Of a DNA stretch of 64,000 nucleotides, positions 49,642 through 58,139 are shown in pieces. The translations under genes and the position numbers were made by a program. Within the stretch, counting starts at the first letter, position 1, and each line of letters starts with the position of its first letter. Location of the stretch: assembly GCA_963775425.1 (NCBI GenBank), contig CAVZJB010000013.1:96001-160000 (forward strand). Direction: 5' to 3'. The notes below the pieces were generated by a model that ran no database searches, was not told the DNA's origin, and worked only from the letters and a program-made list of their open reading frames with translations. The DNA is from an uncultured delta proteobacterium. GTDB taxonomy: Bacteria > Myxococcota > UBA727 > VGSZ01.

Positions 49642-50451
49642 TCACAGGCCAAACACGCGGCGCGCGTTTTCGCCGAGGAAGAGCGCGCGCGCGTCGTCGT
49701 CGAGGCCGAGGTCGTCGATGCCGGCGAGGCAATCGAGCGGCGTGAGCATGGGGAAGTTGCTGCCGAAGAGCACCTTCTTCCTCCCGTGGGCCTTCATGTA
49801 CTCGCGCAATTGCGGTGGGTATCGTTTGGCCTTGTACGCCGACGTGTCGATGTAGACGTTGTCGTATTTGGTGGCGAGCGCGATCATCTCGTCGGTCCAC
49901 GGATACCCGATGTGTCCACCGACGATGACGAGCTCGGGAAAGTCGAGCGCCACCTCGTCGAGGTAGGGGATGGGGCGCCCCGGCTCGGACGGCATGAGCG
50001 GACCGGCGTGCCCGACCTGCAGACAGAACGGGATGCCGAGCTCGATGCACTCGGCGTACAGCGGGTAATAGCGACAATCATTCGGCGGCAGGCTCCACAG
50101 CCACGGGAGCAGGCGCAGCGCGCGCATCCCGAGCTGCTTCACGGCGCGACGCAGCTCGCGCACCGCGTCCATGGGGCGGGCGAGGTCCACGGCGGCGACG
50201 CCGACGAGGACGTCGGGGCGCTCTTTCACCCACGCGGCGACCTCGTCGTTCGTGATGAGCGCGCCTTGGGGCCCGTGCCACGCGCACACGAGGGCGCGAT
50301 CGATGTTGGCCGCCTGCAAGGCCGCCAGTGTGAGCTCGAGCGGGATCTCGTCGGGGACCTCCGTGATCCCCATCCACCGGCGAATCGCCGCGAACATCGG
50401 GTGGCGCACGAACGCGGGCGACGGGTGTTGCATCCAGGCGTCGACGATCAC
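49642..50451 (-). CDS. Amidohydrolase_2 family protein
   Basis: DAWMQH, GHIGYPW, NVYIDTSAY, KVLFGSNFP, FLGENARR. Confidence 0.92.
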   Translation of the reverse strand: MIVDAWMQHPSPAFVRHPMFAAIRRWMGITEVPDEIPLELTLAALQAANIDRALVCAWHGPQGALITNDEVAAWVKERPDVLVGVAAVDLARPMDAVRELRRAVKQLGMRALRLLPWLWSLPPNDCRYYPLYAECIELGIPFCLQVGHAGPLMPSEPGRPIPYLDEVALDFPELVIVGGHIGYPWTDEMIALATKYDNVYIDTSAYKAKRYPPQLREYMKAHGRKKVLFGSNFPMLTPLDCLAGIDDLGLDDDARALFLGENARRVFGL

Positions 50452-50603
50452 GGGTAGATCCTACCGCCCCGCCTGCGGGCGATATGCCATCGGCGACGAG
50501 GCAGGACGTTCGCTCCGCTTCACATCTTCGTCCGGCGTCACAGGGACGCGGGGATCCGCCCGGGGGGTTACACCGAAGGCGCGCGTCGCCCGTTTCCATC
50601 GGG

Positions 50604-51443
50604 ATGCCGAGCCGAGCCGATGTCGCACCCGCCGCCACCTCCGTCGCTCCGTTCGCCCGTCGCACCTCCACGCACACGACGCTCAAGCGCCTGCGCGCCG
50701 CCCAGCGCGTCGCCTGCGCCGGGCTCGTCGCCGCGACCGCCGCCGCGTGGGTGAACCTGCTCGACCTGCGCGCGTTCCCGTCGGGGATCGCGATCCCCGC
50801 TGTGGTGGCGCTCACGGCCGCGGCGGTCTTCGCGCGCAAGCCGTGGCTCTCGGTGCTGCCGCGCGCGGCGCTGTGGGCGAGCCTCTTTTGCGGCGGCTCG
50901 GGCGCGCTCGTCGCCACGACCTCCCGCGAGGAGCACACGGCCCTCGTGCTCCTCGCCGTCGCCGCCGTCGCCGGCCTCGTGTCGCTCGGCCGCTTCGCGC
51001 GGTCGATCGGCGGCATGCGTCCGCTGCTCCTCGCGCTCGTCGTCATCTCCGTCGCCGACGCCGCGACCACCGGGCTGCTCGCGACCTTCGTGGTGATCGG
51101 CGACTCGGCTTCGAAGCTCCACACGGAGATGGGCCCGCTCCTCGCCGTCGGCGGCGCGTGTCTCGCCAACGTCACGGGGCTCTTCTTCATCCTGAGGAAC
51201 CGCCGCTTCGCGCCCCACCTCATCGGCAACGGCCTCGTCGCGATCTTGAACGCCTTCGACGTCGCGCACCTGCACCCGGTGCACTGGCTCCTCGCGGGCC
51301 CCGCCGCTTTGCAGGTGCTCCTCGCGCTCGCCCAACGCCTGCCGCGCATGTCGAGCGCCGCGCGGCGAAACGGGGAGCGCGTCCTGCGCGGCGCGCTCGT
51401 CGCCGCCGCCGTCGTCGTCGCGACCAGCGCGCTGTGGCGTTGA
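50604..51443 (+). CDS. Hypothetical polytopic membrane protein
   Basis: Many hydrophobic segments; start uncertain. Confidence 0.65.
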   Translation: MPSRADVAPAATSVAPFARRTSTHTTLKRLRAAQRVACAGLVAATAAAWVNLLDLRAFPSGIAIPAVVALTAAAVFARKPWLSVLPRAALWASLFCGGSGALVATTSREEHTALVLLAVAAVAGLVSLGRFARSIGGMRPLLLALVVISVADAATTGLLATFVVIGDSASKLHTEMGPLLAVGGACLANVTGLFFILRNRRFAPHLIGNGLVAILNAFDVAHLHPVHWLLAGPAALQVLLALAQRLPRMSSAARRNGERVLRGALVAAAVVVATSALWR

Positions 51444-51476
51444 ACCGCCGCGCCACGATGAGGGAGCGCGGCGACG

Positions 51477-52025
51477 TCAGTGCGCGTCGTCGACGTCGAT
51501 CCAATACCGGCAGGTCTCCCGCTGCACCTCGACGGGGAAGATGATGTCGCCGAGGACGCCGCCGTTTCTCTCGATGCTCTTTCGCGAGCCCGTGTTGGAC
51601 GGCGCGCACGTCACGAGGATCCGCCCGATCGCGCGAGCGCGGTCGGTGGCGAGGAGGAGCCGGAGCATCGCGGTGGCGACGCCCTGCCGGCGAAACGACG
51701 GCCGCACCTCGTAGCCGACGTGCCCGCCGAAGCGCGCGAGCTGGTCGTTGAGCCGGTGTCGAAGGGCGATGACCCCGACCACGGTGTCGTCGACGACGCC
51801 CCAGTGCACGGACTCCGGGACGGCCGGCGGCGCGGGCGCCGTCTCCTTTTGCAGGAGCTTGGCGACGAACGCCTCGGGCGCTTCGTCCGCGTGGGGAAGC
51901 CGGCTCGGCCAGATCGTCTCGCCGGCGACGCGCATCTCTTCGATGAGCTCGAGGTACGACGAGAAGAGCGCGACGGATGGACGAGCGAGCGCGACGTCGG
52001 GGGAGATGATGCCGCCCACGAGCAC
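51477..52025 (-). CDS. GNAT family N-acetyltransferase
   Basis: LRHRLN...GGHVGYEVRPSFRRQGVAT, NTGSRKSIERNGG. Confidence 0.9.
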   Translation of the reverse strand: MLVGGIISPDVALARPSVALFSSYLELIEEMRVAGETIWPSRLPHADEAPEAFVAKLLQKETAPAPPAVPESVHWGVVDDTVVGVIALRHRLNDQLARFGGHVGYEVRPSFRRQGVATAMLRLLLATDRARAIGRILVTCAPSNTGSRKSIERNGGVLGDIIFPVEVQRETCRYWIDVDDAH

Positions 52026-52083
52026 GAGGCTACCCTTGCTGGTCGCTTCGGCGATGCCTTGGACACCGATCTCCGCCGCGAAC

Positions 52084-52315
52084 GGGCGAGCGGGGAGCGG
52101 TCACGTGTACGGCGAGCGCGTGCGGCTCACGTGCGCGGTCCCGGCCAGGGGACCGCGACCGCTGCCGCGACCGCGAGTCGCACGCGCTGCCGGAGAACCC
52201 GCGTGATGGGCGAGCGGGGAGCGGTCACGTGTACGGCGAGCGCGTGCGGCTCACGTGCGCGGTCACGGCCAGGAGACCGCGACCGCTGCCGTGACCGCGA
52301 GTCGCACGCGCTGCC
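52084..52315. repeat. Two 108-bp hairpin-forming direct repeats (124-bp period), REP/BIME-like
   Basis: Copies at 52084-52191 and 52208-52315; internal arms agcgcgtgcggctc/gagtcgcacgcgct and gcggtcacggc/gccgtgaccgc. Confidence 0.9.
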
Positions 52316-52515
52316 CGTCCACGCCCGCTGTCCGCTCCTGAGCCGGGCTCGTGGCTGACCGGCTCTGCTCTTCGCCGCGCACCTTCCGCGCCAGCGCCCA
52401 AGGGCGATCGACGCGGGCCGAAGATTCGATCCCCTCAGCGACGGAGGTGAAGATCGCCGTCGAGCGATGGAAGCCTGCCGTGAAGCCGTCGACGGAGGAG
52501 GAGCGACTCCTCGCC

Positions 52516-52964
52516 AGACCTCGGCGACGCCGCCGCGCGCTCCATCGTCTCCGAGCGCGTGCGCTCGTCGGGCGAGCGCGCGCTCGTCGTCACCGAGGGC
52601 GTGCTGCTCTATCTCGACGACGCCGACCTCGACGCCCTCGCCCGTGAGCTCGTCGGCTGGGCGCCGTCGGTGTGGTGGCTCCTCGAGCTCGCGTCGCCGG
52701 AGCAGCTCGCGCGGCAGCGGCGCGCCTGGAGCCGTTCGCTCGACGCGGCCGGGGCGGAGATGCGCTTCGCGCCCGGCGACGGCGTCGCCTTCTTCGAGCG
52801 CCGCCGGTGGCGTGTTCGGGAAGAGCGCCCGTTGCTCGCGGCGGCTGCGGCGGGAGATGCCGCGCGCGTGGCTCGCGCGCCTCGCCGCGCGCGTGAGCCC
52901 GCGTGCGGCCGAAGAGATGCGGCGCGCGCTACTCCTTCTTCTCCTCGAGGCGACGCGCGAGTGA
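52516..52964 (+). pseudogene. C-terminal remnant of an LCM/TcmP-like O-methyltransferase
   Basis: DLGDAAAR...ALVVTEGVLLYL...MRFAPGDGVAFFE; no N-terminus; frameshift near 52850. Confidence 0.7.
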
Positions 52965-53471
52965 CTCGCCCGGCTCGCGGTCGCGGTCGACGAGGGGGAG
53001 AGGCGGATCGTCGATGCCCTCGTCGCCCGCTGCGTCGTCGGCGCGGCGGCCGGCGGTCCAGATGTCGGGGTGGTCGCCGGCGCGTTCGAAATCCTCGGCC
53101 GGCCGGCTCCGCTTCTGGCGCGCGCGTTCAGGCATTCGCATGGCGCGTCCCTCCTCCTCGGACATGTGCATGCTTCACGCCACGCCCACGCACGAGCGAG
53201 GCGGCGGTGCAGGCGACGCGGGTGCCGCCGGCGGCGGTGCCGCGCTTCGCGCGCCCGTCGCACAACGCCGGCGTACGGGACGGCGAAGACGCTCCCCGCG
53301 GCGAGCGAGACCGCGATGCCTTCTGGGGCGTCGCCCGCGCCACCGCGCGTGATCCCGCGTTGCAGGGTGAACAGTGCGTCGTGGCGCAGGCGCCCGGGCG
53401 AGGCGGCGATGCGCCGCAGCCTGCGGCGGGCGCGCGCCGACTGCCGGGATCGTCGAGGACGTATGCACCGC

Positions 53472-53604
53472 GAGCCCGAGCTACGCACCGATGCCCCTGG
53501 CGTCCTCGAGGCGCTTCACGTCCTCCAGCGGTGAGCGCGAACGCGAGCGCGGTCACGGGGCCCACGCCCTTCACACGGAGCAAGCGGGCCGTCTCACGGA
53601 ACTG
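53472..53604 (-). mobile_element. IS110-family transposase fragment
   Basis: ETARLLRVKGVGPVTALAFALT/LEDVKRLEDARGIGA*LGL with a frameshift and a stop. Confidence 0.75.
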
Positions 53605-54226
53605 CCATCAGCTCGACGTCGAGCAGGTGGAAGAGGTTGTTGAACCTCTCGCTTCGGTGCGCTCGAGCTCTTCGTGCGACGCGGAGGCGGGTTTGCGCCG
53701 TGAGCCCGCCGCTGGGTGGGTGCGGACGGTGCCCTCCTCGAGCGCCGCGCTGGCGTCGCGTCCTTCGCTCCGACGGCGTTACCCCGTCCTCATCGGGACT
53801 ACGACGCGATCCGACCTCGCCGTCGCCGTCTGCCTCTCTCGTCTCTTCGACTCGTCGGGCATACTCGTCACCTCGCGGCGAAAAGAGCGGCGGGGATCTC
53901 CCAGGTTGCCGCAGCAGCATCATGTGAAGCGCGATCGGGTCTTCGACCCCGGGTGCCGTCGACGCGCTCGCCATGACGCTCGTCGACGTGTTGCCTTCGG
54001 TGTGGTCGACCACCTCGGCGCAATCCACCAGGAACAATCTTTCGGGGCTCCATCCCATTCATGGCCGAGCAGCCAGCTCGGTCCATTCGACCTCGCTCCC
54101 TTTCTGTCTACGCTTCAACGCCGCCGTTGCCGTCGACGCTGCAAGACTCGCTACGAGACGGTTGGCTATTCCTTACCTTGGCGGGATCCACCCCCGCTTG
54201 TTGCTGCGACCTTGCCTGGTCGATCC
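53600..54226 (-). mobile_element. Truncated group II intron: domains I-III plus the first ~30 codons of the RT/maturase
   Basis: Minus strand shows ...CGACCAGGCAAGGTCGC, TGAAGCGTAGACAG, GAGCCCCGAAA, GAAGGCAA, AACCTGGGAGATCC; DIII-like GTCGGAT..CGTAGT.CCGATGA..GGTAAC..GGAG.GAAGG; then ARAHRSERFNNLFHLLDVEL. Confidence 0.85.
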
Positions 54227-54247
54227 GTCCGTGGTTTGTTGGTGGCC
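54227..54247 (-). other. attC-like site, half only (cut by the group II intron)
   Basis: Minus GGCCACCAAC-AAACCACGGAC, complementary to GTTGGTGGCC at 55074-55083 and similar to the arm at 56113-56130. Confidence 0.7.
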
Positions 54248-54288
54248 GCACGCCGCTACGTCCCGCCGCTGGTGCGTGGCCGAGTGAC

Positions 54289-55050
54289 TCACAGGCGGTG
54301 CCCAACCAGCTTCAGGGTCCGAAGGGCGCCCCCTGGCGTCACATAGATCTTCTCTTCGAATTGCCCCCAAGTCGCACCTTCGCTAACCCACCCGACAACT
54401 GCCGGTCTCCGTCTCGTGGTCAGGTGCGGCCAACCGGTGATCAGGCTGATAACCGGAGCTCCGCTGATGCCGCCGAGCTCGTCACTCGTGCGTTGGGCCT
54501 CAGTGCTGCCCTCCATCTCGTGCGTCGCTGGATTGAGTCTGATCGAGAACTGGTCGGGCTCAACGGTCGTGACTGTTGCAAGACGCTCCGCCCGAGTAAG
54601 CGACAGCTGACGATTGCCAACGATCACTTTCCCGGCCCCCGGAAAACCGAGAAACGCAACGAGTTCGAAGCGCCTCACTGGTTTCGCGACTACCTCGTCA
54701 GTCGAGATGATCTGTGATCCGACGCCCTCGACTTCGTCGCGGTGAATCGCAATGGCGCCGACGTCGGGCTTTTCGCTGAATGAACACGGCCGCGAGTCGT
54801 TTCCCCGGATGATGACGTTTGGAGTCCGCCCTACCTGCAGCGCGGCATTCTTACCGCGGCTCCGAAACTCCGCGAGCACGTGCCCCGCAGTCACGAGCCA
54901 TGCGCTCCCGTCGATGTCAATCAGCGACCCGGTAGCCATTTGAGGTTCCACGCCTGCCGCTGTGATGAGGAGAAGCGGGATCGCCCTAACGTCTAGGTAC
55001 TCAAATGCCCTTGCTTCGGTCTTCTTGTAGTCGGCTAGCGAGAAGGACAT
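54289..55050 (-). CDS. Trypsin-like serine protease (cassette cargo)
   Basis: WLVTAGHV, PDVGAI and GGISGAPV triad motifs; no signal peptide. Confidence 0.8.
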   Translation of the reverse strand: MSFSLADYKKTEARAFEYLDVRAIPLLLITAAGVEPQMATGSLIDIDGSAWLVTAGHVLAEFRSRGKNAALQVGRTPNVIIRGNDSRPCSFSEKPDVGAIAIHRDEVEGVGSQIISTDEVVAKPVRRFELVAFLGFPGAGKVIVGNRQLSLTRAERLATVTTVEPDQFSIRLNPATHEMEGSTEAQRTSDELGGISGAPVISLITGWPHLTTRRRPAVVGWVSEGATWGQFEEKIYVTPGGALRTLKLVGHRL

Positions 55051-55073
55051 CGTCGCAGCATTCCGCTCATCGA

Positions 55074-55148
55074 GGCCACCAACGTTGGGAGTGGCCGACA
55101 GCCGCGCCACGCACCTCCATTTTGGCGCTGCGTCACGACGGAGCGCAA
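55074..55148 (-). other. attC-like site, half only (cut by the ISKra4-like element)
   Basis: Plus CACCAAC-GT-N10-CGACAGCCGCGCC aligns with the left arms of the two intact sites. Confidence 0.65.
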
Positions 55149-56003
55149 GGGTGTGGATCTGACCCTGAGCATCGGCTGACCGATCGATGGCGGGGCGCGA
55201 TCGCGTGAGCGACACAGTGCCATGGCGAAGATCACCCTCGATGTCCCAGACGACGTGGCGGAAGAACTGAAGGCGCTGGAGGCGCGGTTGAAGCGGCTTG
55301 AGGCTGACAAGATCGGCATCGAGGACGCGATCCCCGAAGACGACATCGACGTGGTCACGAAGGGCATCGCGCTCTCCTTGAAGCGGAGGTCGCTTCAATG
55401 CCTCGACATCGACGCCGAGAGAATCCTCGTCGACGGAGAGCCCCACGCCAAGGTCGGCCGGTACGCGGCGACGTACTCTACACGCGGGAAGGGCCGGTCG
55501 CGGTGACGCGGAGCCTGTTCGGCAAGTGCGGCGTACGGAACGGCGCCACCGTTGACACCGTGAGTCTTCGATGTGGCGCGGTCGACGGATGGCTGCCGAA
55601 GACGGCAAGGGCGTTGGCGTTCCTCATGCAGCAGGGGACGTCGCGGGAAGCTGAAGCCTCGTCGCGCGAGCTCGGCGTGTTGCCGTACTCCCGCAGCAGC
55701 TTCGAGCGTGTGGGCCACGACGTCGGACGCCGATACAGCGACGTGCGCTACGACGTCGAGGACGCGCTGATCCGCGGCTACGTCGTGCCGCGTGAGGCTC
55801 GGAGCATCTCCGTCTCGCTCGACCGCGTCGCCGTGCCCTTCGAAGAGCTTCGCACGCGCAGCCCCGGGCGACCGCCGAAGGGTGCGCCGAAGCGGCCGAT
55901 CAATCGCGTGCGGCACATGGTCTACGTCGCCACGGTCACCATTCACGACGGCGACGGCGAAGCGCTCCACACGATCCGCTACGGCCGTGTCCCCGACTAC
56001 GGG
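55149..56003 (+). mobile_element. ISKra4-family-like transposase remnant (frameshifted, 3'-truncated)
   Basis: LDIDAERILVDGEPH...TREGPVAVTRSL...SRSSFERV...SVSLDRV...TIHDGDGEALHTIRYGRVP; ORFs at 55222 and 55398 join near 55480; putative left end GGGTGTG. Confidence 0.7.
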
Positions 56004-56130
56004 AGCCAACGTAGACCATGTGTGGCACCCGCGCCGCACGCCATTGATGATGCCACCGAGCCGAGTGACCCGGAGCCGCACCGCCGAAGGCGGATGCGGC
56101 GGAGTGCCCTGCGCACATGGTTTGTTCGGC
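56004..56130 (-). other. attC-like site (127 bp)
   Basis: Plus AGCCAAC-GT-AGACCATGTG...CACATGGTTT-GTTCGGC imperfect inverted repeat. Confidence 0.8.
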
Positions 56131-56174
56131 GGCGCGGCCCACGAGAGCCGCCGGTGCCATCGCGGTCGCGTCGA

Positions 56175-56566
56175 TCACCTGAGAAGTCCCGCGTCGATGA
56201 CTGCGTCTTTGAACGTCCGGATGAAATCGCTCAGCTCACGGATATCGAACTTCGCCCAATGCACGTCGCCACCGTCGGCCTGTAACGTTGCGGACGCCCA
56301 GGTGAAGACGATGCTTACAGTATCTCGCTGAGTGAGATCGGTAAGTGCTGCGTGACGGCGACTGCCGTCGACTCGCGGGTTGCGAGCGTCTGCAGCTCAT
56401 CGACGACACGGAGCACCTCGGATGGAGCAAGAGCCACGAGCTCGGTATCGACGGGATCCCTACTTATGGTGATTGCGTAGAGATCGTCGTCGGAGTCGAG
56501 GACGTCGTCGAGTTCGACCTCCCAGGGTCCACTTCTGCCGACACCGGCAAGGCCCCGCTCAGTCAT
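56175..56566 (-). CDS. Hypothetical cassette gene, probably frameshifted near 56340
   Basis: ATG at 56566 shortly after the GTT core; first frame stops at 56315, a second frame continues ...VSIVFTWAS...DAVIDAGLLR* to 56175. Confidence 0.55.
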
Positions 56567-56592
56567 ACGTTCGAACCCCGCAATACGTCGCC

Positions 56593-56810
56593 GCCGAACG
56601 TTGCGCACGTGCGGCACCCGCGCCGCACGACGTTTCTACTGCCGCTGCCCCATGCGAGCAACGATGACGTCAAGGCGCGGGTGACCCCGCTGGCAAGTGA
56701 GTAGCTCGCGACGCCGAAGGCGGTCGTCGAGCGTAGTTGCGGTGGCGTGCACCGCCAGGTGCACGTCTCTCTCCGGGCCAGCGGGGCTTTGCGCACGTGC
56801 GTTGTTCGCT
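56593..56810 (-). other. attC-like site (218 bp)
   Basis: Plus GCCGAAC-GT-TGCGCACGTG...CACGTGCGTT-GTTCGCT; shares GGCACCCGCGCCGCACG and CGCCGAAGGCGG with the 127-bp site. Confidence 0.8.
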
Positions 56811-56828
56811 GACCGGGTGACGGCAATG

Positions 56829-57530
56829 CTACGGGATGAAGAGCTTGCCGCCTGAGTCAGAATTGATGAGGCCAAGAACGCATTTTCGGGCGCGGGGATG
56901 GGACTTGGCGAACGATTCAGATTGATCGGCCTTATGTGCGTCCTCGCTGCAGTAGAGCGTCGCTTCACTCAACCCCTCCGCGGCCATCGCCTTGCGAAGC
57001 AAAGCCTCTCGTTGGGCGTTTGGGGTCTTCGCGTTGAACGACTTCACGAGGATCGCGCCGCTCTTTCCGCCCGTCAGCAGCTTCACAGTTTCGAGGACTG
57101 TGTACGACGGAAGCCCGTCGCCGGCCGCAACGGCCTTTTGGGTTTCGTCGATCGCGCCGGGCGGCTTGTAGCCGGGCTTCTCCCATAGTTTCGTTTTCGG
57201 TGTATTGCCTACCGCAGGACGCCAAGCGGTGACCACGTCGTCACCCTGCACGTAGAAATCGACCGCGCCGGACTTCGTTTCAACGATCTGATGCTGGCCG
57301 CCGAACCATGCCGCTGGCTGCTGAGGCTTCTCGGCTACGCCGAACTCGGCTTTCTCGAGCACGAACTTCTGAATCGGGGGAAGGACGGACGTGGCGTCCG
57401 CCGGCGGCGGAGGCGCAGCCTCTGCCGCACGCGCCTTCGTCGCTTCCGCCTGCGATGGTTGCTCGTCATCGGAGCAAGCCACACAAGTCGACATGACGAC
57501 GAGCGCTGCGAGAGCGCGGCTCTGATTCAT
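56829..57530 (-). CDS. Hypothetical lipoprotein (first cassette cargo)
   Basis: MNQSRALAALVVMSTCVAC lipobox; atypical codon usage; stop 18 nt before the attC-like site. Confidence 0.75.
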   Translation of the reverse strand: MNQSRALAALVVMSTCVACSDDEQPSQAEATKARAAEAAPPPPADATSVLPPIQKFVLEKAEFGVAEKPQQPAAWFGGQHQIVETKSGAVDFYVQGDDVVTAWRPAVGNTPKTKLWEKPGYKPPGAIDETQKAVAAGDGLPSYTVLETVKLLTGGKSGAILVKSFNAKTPNAQREALLRKAMAAEGLSEATLYCSEDAHKADQSESFAKSHPRARKCVLGLINSDSGGKLFIP

Positions 57531-57593
57531 CAATGGGAGGCGACGTCCTTCTCCGCGGAGCTTCAGCACTCTTCCTCCAGATTGGCAGCTTCT

Positions 57594-57650
57594 GTCAGCG
57601 AACCTGATTCTCGCCGACGTTCATGTCGGTGAGTCGAACGGATTCTATCA
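57594..57650 (-). promoter_or_regulatory. attI-like head with candidate Pc-type promoter
   Basis: First GTT core lacks an attC arm; direct repeats AGAATCCGTTCG/AGAATCAGGTTCG; TG-A-TAGAAT extended -10 pointing into the array. Confidence 0.5.
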
Positions 57651-57989
57651 GGTCATGGCGATCTCTCGGCTACCGGCGTGGTCTGGTGGTCGAGCTTCAT
57701 CGACGTCGACGAGGGTGATCGTGGACGGGAGGCATTTCGCGTCGCTGAAGGTTTGGCGACGCGCGTCGACGGCGGATGTCACGTGGGGGAGCGCGCGCCG
57801 CAGGCCGGCGGTGGAGGCTCCCGGAGGCGCCACCGCCGAGCGCCCCCGAGGGTGCTCGCTCCGTGAGTCCCGGCGGCGCCGGGGTGGCGCGGAGGGAGCC
57901 GGAGCCGCTGGCCAAGGCGTGCGCGGACAGTGGAGCGGAGGGCGACGACGAGGCCGTGGGTGTTTCGTGGAGGAGCGCCGCCGGCCGGG

Positions 57990-58106
57990 ACGGCGGCGAG
58001 CGGCTCACCCCGAAGGGGCCCTTCCGCAGGCGCCCTCGCGGCGGTGCTCGAAGTGAGGCGGGGAGCGCCGAGGACCGGGCCCCGAGGGGTGAGCCGTTCG
58101 CCGCCG
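57990..58106. repeat. Long intergenic inverted repeat
   Basis: cggcggcgagcggctcaccccgaaggggccc ... gggccccgaggggtgagccgttcgccgccg. Confidence 0.75.
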
Positions 58107-58139
58107 GACCAGGCGGCGCGGTCCATCCCATGCGGGAAA

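Larger units (their letters stand above)
54227..57650 (-). mobile_element. Integron-like gene cassette array without adjacent integrase (CALIN-like)
   Basis: Three co-oriented, lower-GC single-gene units, each starting GTT... and ending with the exact reverse complement ...AAC; related hairpin sites lie between them. Confidence 0.8.

Noticed and set aside
52084-52315. Possible CRISPR array or attC sites
   Set aside because: Only two 108-bp copies; no AAC...GTT cores and no genes between them.
52929-53171. 80-aa ORF
   Set aside because: No recognisable motif and embedded in decayed mobile DNA; cannot be supported as a gene.
53720-53760. DASAALEEGTVRT read as an IS110 N-terminus
   Set aside because: It lies between intron domain III and the RT start, so it is better explained as intron domain IV sequence.
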